DNA of 64,000 bases from Thermoplasmata archaeon. Its GTDB lineage: Archaea; Thermoplasmatota; Thermoplasmata; Lutacidiplasmatales; UBA184. The notes below the pieces were generated by a model that saw only the letters and a program-made list of their open reading frames with translations, was not told the origin of the DNA and did no database searches. The stretch lies in NCBI GenBank assembly GCA_028864975.1, contig JAGWLG010000015.1, positions 8,253 to 72,252 of the forward strand, written 5' to 3'. Position 1 is the first letter of the stretch. Every line of letters starts with the position of its first letter. Positions 1 to 9,626 of the stretch are shown here, one piece after another. The position numbers were made by a program, and so were the translations under genes.

Positions 1-1
1 G

Positions 2-361
2 AAGAGGAGCGTCATCGTGCTGCCCAACACGGAGGAGACGATCCCCTGCGACACGATCATCGCAGCGGTCGGACAGGTCGCGGACCTGCGCGGCTTCCCC
101 CAGGAACTGGACCTCAAGACCCCAAGAGGGTGGCCCGAGGGAAAGGCTTCGGACTGGGCCACCGGAGTTGAGGGGGTCTTTGCATCAGGTAACAAGTCCA
201 TCGTCTTCGCGATGAGCGCGGGGAGCCGTGCGGCAGAGGCCATTGACGCCTACCTCGCTAAGAAGCTCGGACGGGCAGTGATCCCCCGCCCCCACCCCTT
301 CGGTGAACCCGTTCCCGTGCCGCCCCCCAGCGGCTACGGCGACCCGGCCTGGAGCCTCTGA
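2..361 (+). CDS. C-terminal fragment of an FAD/NAD(P)-dependent oxidoreductase (GltD/SudA-like); 5' end lies outside the window
   Basis: Frame is open from position 2. CDTIIAAVGQ...GVFASG...AMSAGSRAAEAIDAYL matches the C-terminal FAD-binding segment of glutamate synthase small-subunit-like flavoproteins. Confidence 0.7.
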   Translation, partial: KRSVIVLPNTEETIPCDTIIAAVGQVADLRGFPQELDLKTPRGWPEGKASDWATGVEGVFASGNKSIVFAMSAGSRAAEAIDAYLAKKLGRAVIPRPHPFGEPVPVPPPSGYGDPAWSL

Positions 362-394
362 TCCCAGCGTCGCCTTCCTACAGCGGACGGCACG

Positions 395-1279
395 TTAGAG
401 GGTCAGTCGACCCGTCATCACGACCACCACATGTCCCCCAACACGGACCTTGGTGGGTCGCCCGCGGTCGATCCCCACCGTCACGGACATCTCACTCGGA
501 CGGCGGATCTCGATCCCCTGCTCGATCACGACCGTCTCCTCGGGTTGGATCAGCTTGTGGATCAGCATCCAGGTCGCGGCGGGCCCCGCGGCCGACCCCG
601 TCGCGGGGTCCTCGGAACCGGGGAAGATCATCCGCGCATGGAGCTTGGCCTGAGGGTCAACGGTGTCGCGGCAGACGAGGTAGAACAGCGTCCCGTCGGT
701 CGTCTGCAAGTAGTGCTGCATGCGACGCACGTCCGGGTTGAGACGGGAGAGGAAGTCGAGCGATCGAAACGGGACGATGACGAAAGCGTTCCCCGTTGAG
801 ACCGTCTGAATGGGGTAGCTGGGGTCGAAGTCCTCGGCGACGCAGCCGAGCGCCTTCGCGACCTCCTCGGGACGGTGCAATCGTCCCACCCAGGGCTCGG
901 GCTGAGTCATCTCCGCGTAGACGCGGGATTCCTCCCAGCCCTCGAACCGAACGGGAATCGTCCCGGAGTTGAGTTCCAGCGAGATCTCCTTGCGGCGGTC
1001 CTCTCTCGCTAGGACGGTCGCGGTTCCAAGGGAGGGGTGGCCCGCGAAGTTGAGCTCCTGGGAGAGCGTGAAGATCCGAGCACGGACCCCCTTCTCCCGC
1101 TCCACCTCAGGCTCGCGAGGGATCACGAAGGTCGTCTCGGAAAGTGCGGTCTCTCGCGCGAGGGCTTGCATTTCGGGGTCAGACAAGCCACGTGCGTCGT
1201 TGAAGACCGCGAGCTGATTGCCCTCCAGCGGGCGCTTAGAGAAGACGTCCACCCACGTGAACTCGAAGGTGCGCGACAA
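395..1279 (-). CDS. PhzF-family (diaminopimelate-epimerase-like fold) isomerase
   Basis: Motifs VDVFS..PLEGNQLAV, ETTFV, ELNFAGHPSLG, EDPATGSAAG and G.EI.RPS. Start placed at TTG 1279 (MSRTFEFTWVDVF), preceded by GGAG; the ORF-track extension to 1624 is probably non-coding. Confidence 0.85.
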   Translation of the reverse strand: MSRTFEFTWVDVFSKRPLEGNQLAVFNDARGLSDPEMQALARETALSETTFVIPREPEVEREKGVRARIFTLSQELNFAGHPSLGTATVLAREDRRKEISLELNSGTIPVRFEGWEESRVYAEMTQPEPWVGRLHRPEEVAKALGCVAEDFDPSYPIQTVSTGNAFVIVPFRSLDFLSRLNPDVRRMQHYLQTTDGTLFYLVCRDTVDPQAKLHARMIFPGSEDPATGSAAGPAATWMLIHKLIQPEETVVIEQGIEIRRPSEMSVTVGIDRGRPTKVRVGGHVVVVMTGRLTL

Positions 1280-1629
1280 TGCTCCCTGGCGGGGAGGGAG
1301 AGGGTTCAGGATGAAAACGTTCTGGTTGAGTCCCATGACCGCCTCGAACCCAAAGGGCAGCTCAGGGGACGGGTCGCCCTCCAGTAGCCCCTCCTCCCCT
1401 GCCCGCGCCTTATCCCTTCGTTGAGCTCCTCCTCGCCTAGTCAGGCCCTCCACCATCGCCTTCAGGGCACACCGGGCAAGCTGCTTCGAGATTCGAAGCC
1501 CGCCAGCCGACACGGGGCCGGCCCTCCACCACGAAAACCTGACGGAGGAACGCTCTGAACCAGAGGGGGTAACGGACCCCCACGGGCTCTCCGGAAACCT
1601 CTCCGCTAGCCTGACAAGTGACAAAACGG

Positions 1630-1635
1630 TTATGT
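1630..1635 (+). promoter_or_regulatory. Putative TATA box (TTATGT) for the surface-protein cluster
   Basis: AT-rich hexamer 23-28 nt upstream of GTG 1658, preceded by CAAAACGG; spacing typical of leaderless archaeal promoters. Confidence 0.4.
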
Positions 1636-1657
1636 TCTCCCTGCGCGCATCCCCGGC

Positions 1658-4600
1658 GTGCAGCCGGTTCCCAGTTCCGCCGTGCGCTACTCCAAGCCGA
1701 ACGGATTCACCGAAACCACCTCGTTCCTTTGGACCGGGTTGCTCATATTCCTCCTACTGTTGCTGCTCTCTCCCACTGGTACCGGGTCCGGACGTTCGCT
1801 CGCGCACGCGGCCGCTCCCTCAAGTGAACTGCGGGCGACGACCGCTCACGACCTCGTTGGGTCGTCCTCAGTTCGAGCGTCCTGCTGGGTCCAACCGCTC
1901 TCCCCGGTCTCCTGCGCTTCACAGATTCCCTCGTCTCAGATTCGTTCTCCCACTGCCTCTTCGGACGGGGCAACGTCCCAGGTGCCTCTGGCCGGCTCGT
2001 TCTGGCGGCAGATCTGCTACACGGGCAATTGCGGCCCAGGCTCGCGTGAAAGCCCTATGGTCGCCTACGACCCCACGGATGGCTACCTTGTGCTCTTCGG
2101 AGGGTACAACGGCACCAGCGGGCAAGTGCTGGGGGACACATGGACCTACACCTACCCGTCGGGCACTTGGACCCAGATCTTTCCGACGACCTCTCCACCC
2201 GCTCGCTATGACGGGCAATTGGCGTGGGACCCGGTGGACGGCTACCTGGTGCTCTTCTCCGGCTGCGGATCGTCAGCCTGCCCCCCGGGACTGACCGACA
2301 CGTGGAAGTTCATCGGTGGTCAGTGGACCCAGCTCACTCCGACCACGAGTCCTGCCGGCCGGTACTTCTTCGGGCTGTCCTGGGACACGGCCGACAACTA
2401 CATGCTCCTCTTCGGGGGCTACGGCTCGAGCGGCTACCAGGGGGATACGTGGAAGTTCCTTGGGGGACAGTGGACCCAACTTGCCCCTGCCGCGAGCCCG
2501 CCCGCACGCCTCGACTTTGGGATGAGCGATGACCCCACCGACAGCCAAGTCGTTCTCTTCGGCGGGTACACCTCGTCAGGTGCGCTGGGCGACACCTGGA
2601 CGTATTCTGGAGGGACCTGGACCCAGATCTTCCCGTCCACTCCTCCCCCGGCACTGACCCTCCAAAACCATCAGATGGACACGGACACCGGTTACCCGCT
2701 CATCTGGGGAGGGTACGACACCGCCACCAGCTCGTACGTCAGCACCACTTGGACCTACGCCGCCGGACAATGGACACAGCAGAGCCCCTCGACTTCCCCT
2801 CCCGCCAAAGGCTGGGGGGCCATGAACTACTACGGCGGCGTGGGAACGATCGACTTCGGTGGGTACAATCCGGCCACTGGCGACGTGGGAGATTCTTGGC
2901 TTTACGTGTCGGGGTTCCGTGCCTCGGCCACGGCGACGCCTGATCCGACCGATGTGGGAGGTGCAGTGGCCTTCTCGGGTACGGCGAGCGGGGGCACTCC
3001 CCCTTACGTTTATGCCTGGGTCTACGGCGATGGAGGGAAAAGCGCCTACATCTCGCCCACCCACACGTACAACTCGACCGGGAGCTTCGGTGCCCACTTC
3101 TGGACGAACGAAACAACCGGTCTCCTGCGCTCCCGAGAGGCCAACCTGTCGGTGGTCGTCAACAGCCTTCCAACCGTGGCCCCCACCGCCACCCCGAGCA
3201 CTGTCGACGCCAAGGTGGGGATCACCTTCGCCTCCGGTGTGGCCGGTGGTGCACCGCCCTACACCGTCACTTGGAGGTTCGGGAACGGCGCGTCGGCGGT
3301 CGGTGACCCCATCTCCTACCCTTTCCCTAGCCCGGGATCTTACACGGTCCATGTCTGGGCGAACGATTCCTCGATCGGAAGAGCAACGGGGGCGGTGGCG
3401 GTCACCGTCAATCCCGCGTTGGTCTACTCGTCCAACGTCCACCCGCTTGCCCTGGACGTCGGGTCCAGCGCTCACTACTTCTCGAACGTGACGTCGGGCA
3501 CTCCTCCGCGCTCATCGGCCTGGACCTTCGGTGATGGAGGGAGGGCGGCCACGGGGAACGCGAGCCACACCTACACCGCCGTCGGGACGTACGCCGCGGT
3601 CCTTTGGGCGAACGACTCCGGAGGGAGCGCCTGGTCCATGTGGTACAACATCACGGTGAACCCGCTTCCTGGGGTCTCCATCGCGGCCACCTACCCGAAC
3701 GTCGACGTAGGGGTCCTCGACTCGTTCGTTGAGACCACTTCTGGCGGGACCGCCCCGTGGGCCTACGCGTGGAGGTTCGGAGATGGCGGAACCGCGGCCG
3801 CCTCTACCGCGACCCACACCTACACCGCCGTGGGTGCCTTCGTGGTCTCAGCATGGGCGAACGACAGTTCGGGGAACTCCGCGGTCTCTACCCTCGCAGT
3901 CACGGTCTATCCCCCCCTCGTGGCCTGGGCCAACGCCACCAAGACCACCGTGGACCTGGGCATGGTCGATGGCTTCATCGCTGCTCACCGTGGTGGAGCG
4001 CCACCGGTTTCGATCACCTGGTCCCTTGGCGACGGGACCTGGGGCTCAGGGAGCCCCATATCGCATACGTACACGGCCCTCGGAAACTACACCGTGAATG
4101 CGTGGGTCAACGACTCGGGCGGGGGCCTCTGGTCGGGAGGCGGCTTTACGGTCACGGTCAGCCGCGACCCTAGGATCTCCGCGAACGTGTCGAACCCAAC
4201 CACCGACGTGGGTAATGTCGAAACCTTCTCCGTGGTGACCTGGGGTGGCAGCACACCCTATGCCTATCACTGGGCGTTCGGCGACGGGACCTCGAGCTCG
4301 CTCGCCTCTCCGACCCACGCCTTTAACGTCGCGGGCGCGTACTTCGCCCAGATCTGGGCCAACGACTCGGCGGGTGGGTCGGTGTCGACCCTGGTCCCCG
4401 TAGTCGTCCATCCTGCCCTTGTCGCCCACGCGTCGCCCGCCACGGCCTGGGCGGACGTGGGGGGACAGCTCGGGTTCGCGGGGTCCGCCAGGGGTGGCAC
4501 AGCCCCCTACACCTTCGCTTGGAGCTTTGGAGACGGGTCGCGCGCCACGGGCGCGGGAGCGGCCCACACCTACCTGAGCGCCGGGACCTACACGGGTAGC

Positions 4601-5818
4601 CTTTGGGTCAACGACTCCGCCGGGGGCGCGAGCTCCCAGACGATCACGGTCACGGTCAACCCTCCCCTCACGGTCACCCTCTCGGCCTCGCCGACCTCCC
4701 TGGACGTGGGGGCGACGACCTCTCTAGGTGCCACCGTGGGCGGCGGGAACGCCTCGACCCTGACCTTCTCCTACTCCGGACTCCCGGGTGGCTGCGCGAG
4801 CTCGAACGCGAACCCGCTCTCGTGCCGACCCACCGTGGCCGGCAGCTTCGGGGTCGCTGTGCAGGTCTCGGACGGGCTTTCGACGGCGACCTCGCCCCCC
4901 GTGGTGGTCACCGTGGGTGGACCCCTGGCGGTCTCCCTCAGTTTCACCCCCTCCATCATCACCGTAGGACGGACGACGGTCGTAGCGGTGGCCGTTCTCG
5001 GGGGAACGGGAACTCTGTCTTTCACCTACACCGGTCTTCCCTCAGGCTGCAGCGGCCCCTCGGGTGCCAGCAGCTTCACTTGCCGGCCCGCCGCGTCGGG
5101 GACCGCGGTCGTGACCGTTCAGGCGACGGACGGATCAGGAGCGACCGGGCAAGCCAGCTCGCCGCTGATGGTGAACCCCGCCCCGTCCATCACGGCGTTC
5201 ACCGCGACCCCCTCAACCGGGAACGTTGGATCCGCGATCACCTTCTCGGTCGCGGCCCAAGGAGGTACGGGGGCCCTTGTCTACTCTTATACTGGCCTGC
5301 CGACGGGGTGCAGCTCGGAGAACCTTGCGACCTTCAGCTGCACGCCGACGATGGCGAACTCCTACGCGGTCGTCGCGACGGTCACCGACTCCCAAGGGGT
5401 TAGCGCCAACTCCACCACGCTGAGCGTCGTCGTCGCCGGGGCGATCTCGCCTGCCGTGGCAGCGAACCCGCTAGAGACCTTCGGCCTCCTCCTGATCGCG
5501 GTCGTGGTGGTGTTCCTGGCCCTCGCCTTGGTCGTGATGTTCCTCGGCCGCCGTCGCCGGGGCTCATCGCCGCAGACGGTAGCGCCACCCTCATCCAGCC
5601 CCGAAGCTGCTCCGGTAGCCCCCGCTCCTCCGAGCTCCCCGAGCTACTCTGAGGCAGCGCTTCCGCCGGAGGCCGCCCCGGCCCCGGTTTCCGCGACGAC
5701 GTCCCCACCGTCGTCCACGACGGCGGCAGCTTCGCCGAGCTCGACCTGTCTCATCTGCGGTAGACCGATGGACGGGTCGGGCACCTGTGGTTCGTGCGGG
5801 TGGCAAGCTCCCCGGTAG
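1658..5818 (+). CDS. Membrane-anchored surface protein: kelch-like beta-propeller + PKD repeats + Cys-containing Ig-like repeats + TM helix + Pro-rich tail + zinc ribbon (1386 aa)
   Basis: N-terminal hydrophobic signal (LLIFLLLLLL); six GG-centred kelch-like units (LFGGY/LFSGC/IWGGY...DTW..WTQ); many WxFGDG PKD cores; YxGLPxGC...C repeats; C-terminal TM (LLLIAVVVVFLALALVVMFL); terminal CLICG...CGSCG. Confidence 0.85.
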   Translation: MQPVPSSAVRYSKPNGFTETTSFLWTGLLIFLLLLLLSPTGTGSGRSLAHAAAPSSELRATTAHDLVGSSSVRASCWVQPLSPVSCASQIPSSQIRSPTASSDGATSQVPLAGSFWRQICYTGNCGPGSRESPMVAYDPTDGYLVLFGGYNGTSGQVLGDTWTYTYPSGTWTQIFPTTSPPARYDGQLAWDPVDGYLVLFSGCGSSACPPGLTDTWKFIGGQWTQLTPTTSPAGRYFFGLSWDTADNYMLLFGGYGSSGYQGDTWKFLGGQWTQLAPAASPPARLDFGMSDDPTDSQVVLFGGYTSSGALGDTWTYSGGTWTQIFPSTPPPALTLQNHQMDTDTGYPLIWGGYDTATSSYVSTTWTYAAGQWTQQSPSTSPPAKGWGAMNYYGGVGTIDFGGYNPATGDVGDSWLYVSGFRASATATPDPTDVGGAVAFSGTASGGTPPYVYAWVYGDGGKSAYISPTHTYNSTGSFGAHFWTNETTGLLRSREANLSVVVNSLPTVAPTATPSTVDAKVGITFASGVAGGAPPYTVTWRFGNGASAVGDPISYPFPSPGSYTVHVWANDSSIGRATGAVAVTVNPALVYSSNVHPLALDVGSSAHYFSNVTSGTPPRSSAWTFGDGGRAATGNASHTYTAVGTYAAVLWANDSGGSAWSMWYNITVNPLPGVSIAATYPNVDVGVLDSFVETTSGGTAPWAYAWRFGDGGTAAASTATHTYTAVGAFVVSAWANDSSGNSAVSTLAVTVYPPLVAWANATKTTVDLGMVDGFIAAHRGGAPPVSITWSLGDGTWGSGSPISHTYTALGNYTVNAWVNDSGGGLWSGGGFTVTVSRDPRISANVSNPTTDVGNVETFSVVTWGGSTPYAYHWAFGDGTSSSLASPTHAFNVAGAYFAQIWANDSAGGSVSTLVPVVVHPALVAHASPATAWADVGGQLGFAGSARGGTAPYTFAWSFGDGSRATGAGAAHTYLSAGTYTGSLWVNDSAGGASSQTITVTVNPPLTVTLSASPTSLDVGATTSLGATVGGGNASTLTFSYSGLPGGCASSNANPLSCRPTVAGSFGVAVQVSDGLSTATSPPVVVTVGGPLAVSLSFTPSIITVGRTTVVAVAVLGGTGTLSFTYTGLPSGCSGPSGASSFTCRPAASGTAVVTVQATDGSGATGQASSPLMVNPAPSITAFTATPSTGNVGSAITFSVAAQGGTGALVYSYTGLPTGCSSENLATFSCTPTMANSYAVVATVTDSQGVSANSTTLSVVVAGAISPAVAANPLETFGLLLIAVVVVFLALALVVMFLGRRRRGSSPQTVAPPSSSPEAAPVAPAPPSSPSYSEAALPPEAAPAPVSATTSPPSSTTAAASPSSTCLICGRPMDGSGTCGSCGWQAPR
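3095..3163 (+). repeat. Segment shared with the adjacent gene (copy 1): HFWTNETTGLLRSREANLSVVVN
   Basis: Near-identical peptide and similar DNA at 7653-7721. Confidence 0.8.
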
Positions 5819-5834
5819 GACCATGAGAGGACCC

Positions 5835-8800
5835 ATGATCTCCACACAAGGAAGTTCCATGAAGTGCGAAAGAAGAGTCTCGAAGGAAGACGAAGGAGCC
5901 AAGACGGACCGAACGAACGACCCGCGGACCGGCCGAGGCAAGGCCCTCCTCTCCGTGCTGGCCCTCGCGCTGTTGGTGGTCTACTTGCCTAGCCCCGTAT
6001 CTGCGTCAGCTACAGCTCCGCTGCCCCACGAGATCGCCCAAGGGCAGCATGGTCCGATTGCGGCAGCTCCGCTTCGTGGTCCCTCGATCCCGAACCTCCC
6101 ACCGTGGCACGGACCAAGGACCCAGCTCTTCGCGTGGGGATCCGATCAACAAGCCAACTTCATGGGAGTTTACCGACCGGCTCCATACGCTCCACAAACG
6201 CCAGCCTCCGCGCCCGCACCACGTTCCCCCGCGACCGCTGGAGCCTACTTCAACGGCACGATCGGGTTGTACGGGGTGGACGACAACGCTCCCAACCCAT
6301 GTGGGTGCGCCCCACCGGACACCACGAACTCCGTGGGCGCGGGGTACGTCGTCGAGATGGCCAATACCGCTAGCGAGATGTGGACGACCTCCGGAACCGT
6401 CGCTCAGCCCTCGACCCCGCTCACCACCCTCTTCGGAACTTCGGACTCGCTTTCGGACCCACAGGTCCAATACGATCCCATCTCGGGCCGTTGGTTCGCA
6501 GAGATCCTTTCGGTGACGACCTTCGGAAACGTCTTCTTCGCGGTCTCCCAAACGAGCAACCCCACAGGCTCGTGGTACCAGTATTCGGTCAGTATGCCCA
6601 TCACCGGGGACCTTCCCGACCAGTGTGTCATCGGGGTCGATGCCAACACCGTCGTCCTGTCCGGGAACGACTTCGCCGGCGGCTCGAGCTTCGTGGGTGC
6701 GGTCTTTTTCGTCATCAACAAGACCCAGGCCGTCGCAGGGAGCGCGCCCACCTACGCGGTCGATGGTCCCGGAAGCACGTCCTACGCGTCCATCCACCCT
6801 GCGCGGGAGCTCTCCCTCTCCAACACGATCTACATGGTCGGTCGGGGCAACAACGTGGGCGGCTCCCCCACGACCCTGGTCTACATGACGATCACCGGGG
6901 CACCGCCCAGCGCGTTCACGTTCACCTACCAGAACATCACGACCACGGGCAGCATGCCCGGCGGCGCTCCTCAACCGGGAGGTTCCGTCAACGTCGATGA
7001 TGAACGGGTCGTCACGGCTACGTGGCTCAACGGGAACTTCTGGGCCGCCGCGAACGAAGGGACCTGCACCGGAGGCGATGCCGTCTGCCTCCACTTGTGG
7101 GAGTTCACCGCGACGGGTCCGACGGCGACCGTGGTCAACGATTTCATCTGGTCGCCTGCGGGGGGTCTCAGCGGGTACTACCCAGCCGTCACGCTGAGCT
7201 TGAGCGGCAATCTTGGGGTCGTCTACAGCTTCTCGGACGCCTCGACGTATCCCTCCGTGGCGATCACGGGATGGTCCCCTTCCGACGGGACGAACCTGGA
7301 AGCGCCCACCGTCGTCCACCCGGGCACGTCGAACGAGCTCGCCGGCAGGTTCGGGGACTACTCCGGGGCGGCGACTGACACGTCCACGAACATCTTCTGG
7401 GTCTCGGGAGAGTACATCACCCCCGCCTCGTACTGGAACACTTGGGTCCAGAGCTTCTCGATGCCGGGCTTCATCGCCAATAGCCTCGTGACCCCAAATC
7501 CGGTTGACGTGGGGGTTCCGGTCTACTTCAACGGGACGGCGTCAGGCGGCACCGCTCCTTTCACCTTCCGCTGGGTCTATGGCGACGGTGGCCCTACGAG
7601 CTCTGCGCGGAACCCCTCGCACATCTACAATGCGACCTGCAGCTGCGCCGGGCACTTCTGGATCAACGAGACGTCCGGTTTGCTGCGCTCCCGCGAAGCG
7701 AACTTTACGGTCACGGTCAACGCACTTCCGACCGCCACCCTCCGTGCCACCCCCAATCCGACCGATGTCGGGATCAACGCCACCTTCACCTCGGTCGTGA
7801 CAGGTGGGACCTCGCCCTTCGCCTACGCCTGGTCGTTCGGGGATGGGTTCCAGAGCACCAGCGCCTCTCCGGTGCACCAGTATTCCGCCGCCGGGACCTA
7901 CGCGGCACAGCTCTGGGTGAACGACTCTGGGGGAGGGAGCGGCCACGTCACAGGCTCGATCGTGGTGAATCCTCAGCCTAGCATCACCTTCAGCGCCACT
8001 CCTGTGCCCGTGGACGCTGGCGTTGGGGTCGTCCTGACCTCGAGCATCGCGGGGGGCACAGGGCTTGTGAACATCACCTGGGTCCTTGGGGATGGGAACG
8101 TCGCGACAGGCCCGACGGTCGCTCACACGTATGCGCTGCGCGGGAACTACACGGTCCGTGCCTGGGCCAACGATTCGATCGGAGGGACTGGGAACAGCAC
8201 TCAGGTGATCGTGGTCAATCCGTACCTCGCACTCCTGCTCGTTTCCGCCTCGCCCCTGGTCCTCGACGTGGGCAGGCCCGTGACCTTCGGGGCATCCTAC
8301 TGGGGAGGCACGGCGAGCTACACCTACGAATGGAGGTTCGGCGATGGGACCACCGCAGCGACGATCAGCCCCGTCCATGCCTTCCTGTCGGCCGGCTCCC
8401 CCCTCGTACGGTTCTGGCTGAACGACAGTGGCGGAGGTTCCGCGACGGCCCAGGTCTCCATCACGGTGAACCCGGCCCTGACCATCTCCTCGTTCCAAGG
8501 GTCGTGGACCGGAGGGGCCAGGAACGCCCTGGACAAAGGGCAGACCGTCTCGCTCTCGGCCAGCGTCACGGGGGGGACCGGCTCCTACAGCTACCTCTAT
8601 TCCGGGCTCCCCACAGGCTGCACGAGCTGGAACTTCGCGACCATCTCCTGCGCTCCGAATGAGACAGGGAACTTCACGGTCGAGCTCAAGGTCACCGACC
8701 AGAACGGAGCGTCCGCGTTCTCCAACACGACCTTCGTCGTCAATCCACCGTTGTCGGTCGGCTCGTTCTGGGCATCTCCCGCCATCGATACCGTGAACGG

Positions 8801-9626
8801 ACCGACGACCCTGACCGTTGTCGCGGTGCACGGGACCCCGGGCTACCGCTACAGCTTCCCGATCCTGCCCCCGGGTTGCTCGATCTCCACGAACGCGTCG
8901 GTGAGCTGCTCCCCCACGACCGTTGGGACCAACTCCGCCGAGGTCCGGGTTACCGACGCGGTCGGCGTCAACGCGTTCGCGAACACGACCTTCCTCGTGA
9001 ACCCGAGCCCGCAGGTGCTGAGCTTCGTGGCCACCCCGAGCACGGTCACCGCGGGCGACCTGGTCAGCTTCACGGTCACGGCGAGCGGTGGAACGGCGCC
9101 ATACAGCTACGCGTACACTGGCTTGCCTTCGGGGTGCTCGCTCTCGGGGAACGGAGGGAGCTGCCACCCGAGCTCCACGGGGAAGTTCACCGTACAGGTT
9201 ACCGTAACGGACTCCAACGGACAGAAGGGGACGGCGGTCACGACCGTGACCGTGAACGCCCCGCCGGGCATCTTCGCCGGAGGGCTCTATTCCTTCGGGT
9301 TCCTCTGGACCCTCCTGGCCCTGCTCGCGATCGTCGTCCTGGTGTTCGTCATCTTGGTGCTTCGGAGATACCGTGCGCTCAAGGGCCAGACCCCGACGTA
9401 CGCACCCGGTGGCGGAGCCGCGACCACCTCCTACGAGAGCACCGATCATTCGGTCGCCCCGTCCCCGGAGGGGCACGCCTTCCCCAACGAACCTGCGCCC
9501 ACATCCGAGCAGACGCAACCGGGCTTCGCGCCCCCGCCGCCCCCACCCAGCTCCTCGTCGCCCCCGCCGCCGCCTCCGCCGCCACCGCCTTCGGGAACCG
9601 GCGGCATGGGAGGGTGGCCACAATGA
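5835..9626 (+). CDS. Membrane-anchored surface protein: unknown N-terminal head (PPD motif) + PKD repeats + Cys-containing Ig-like repeats + TM helix + poly-Pro tail
   Basis: ATG 5835 with GAGG upstream (5859 is an alternative); hydrophobic signal (ALLSVLALALLVVYL); head containing CGCAPPDTTNSVG..YVVEMAN, SDPQVQYDP, RFGDYSG; WxFGDG repeats; TM (FLWTLLALLAIVVLVFVILVL); PPPPPPPP tail. Confidence 0.85.
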   Translation: MISTQGSSMKCERRVSKEDEGAKTDRTNDPRTGRGKALLSVLALALLVVYLPSPVSASATAPLPHEIAQGQHGPIAAAPLRGPSIPNLPPWHGPRTQLFAWGSDQQANFMGVYRPAPYAPQTPASAPAPRSPATAGAYFNGTIGLYGVDDNAPNPCGCAPPDTTNSVGAGYVVEMANTASEMWTTSGTVAQPSTPLTTLFGTSDSLSDPQVQYDPISGRWFAEILSVTTFGNVFFAVSQTSNPTGSWYQYSVSMPITGDLPDQCVIGVDANTVVLSGNDFAGGSSFVGAVFFVINKTQAVAGSAPTYAVDGPGSTSYASIHPARELSLSNTIYMVGRGNNVGGSPTTLVYMTITGAPPSAFTFTYQNITTTGSMPGGAPQPGGSVNVDDERVVTATWLNGNFWAAANEGTCTGGDAVCLHLWEFTATGPTATVVNDFIWSPAGGLSGYYPAVTLSLSGNLGVVYSFSDASTYPSVAITGWSPSDGTNLEAPTVVHPGTSNELAGRFGDYSGAATDTSTNIFWVSGEYITPASYWNTWVQSFSMPGFIANSLVTPNPVDVGVPVYFNGTASGGTAPFTFRWVYGDGGPTSSARNPSHIYNATCSCAGHFWINETSGLLRSREANFTVTVNALPTATLRATPNPTDVGINATFTSVVTGGTSPFAYAWSFGDGFQSTSASPVHQYSAAGTYAAQLWVNDSGGGSGHVTGSIVVNPQPSITFSATPVPVDAGVGVVLTSSIAGGTGLVNITWVLGDGNVATGPTVAHTYALRGNYTVRAWANDSIGGTGNSTQVIVVNPYLALLLVSASPLVLDVGRPVTFGASYWGGTASYTYEWRFGDGTTAATISPVHAFLSAGSPLVRFWLNDSGGGSATAQVSITVNPALTISSFQGSWTGGARNALDKGQTVSLSASVTGGTGSYSYLYSGLPTGCTSWNFATISCAPNETGNFTVELKVTDQNGASAFSNTTFVVNPPLSVGSFWASPAIDTVNGPTTLTVVAVHGTPGYRYSFPILPPGCSISTNASVSCSPTTVGTNSAEVRVTDAVGVNAFANTTFLVNPSPQVLSFVATPSTVTAGDLVSFTVTASGGTAPYSYAYTGLPSGCSLSGNGGSCHPSSTGKFTVQVTVTDSNGQKGTAVTTVTVNAPPGIFAGGLYSFGFLWTLLALLAIVVLVFVILVLRRYRALKGQTPTYAPGGGAATTSYESTDHSVAPSPEGHAFPNEPAPTSEQTQPGFAPPPPPPSSSSPPPPPPPPPPSGTGGMGGWPQ
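7653..7721 (+). repeat. Segment shared with the adjacent gene (copy 2): HFWINETSGLLRSREANFTVTVN
   Basis: Matches 3095-3163; in both genes it ends the first PKD domain after the head. Confidence 0.8.

Noticed and set aside
1280-1624. N-terminal extension of the PhzF ORF
   Set aside because: Family homology begins at about 1279, where a TTG has a GGAG upstream; the extension spans the divergent promoter region.
1990-2910. Regular repeats that could be mistaken for a CRISPR array or DNA tandem repeat
   Set aside because: Conserved at the protein level with synonymous variation, in frame; these are kelch and PKD coding repeats. No CRISPR array was seen.
8876-9622. N-terminal 249 aa of the 1253-aa ORF-track call
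   Set aside because: Overlaps the preceding gene in another frame; the real signal peptide begins at ATG 9623.
7542-9623. 693-aa minus-strand ORF, and 6006-7319
   Set aside because: Antisense to well-supported surface-protein genes; no recognisable domain.
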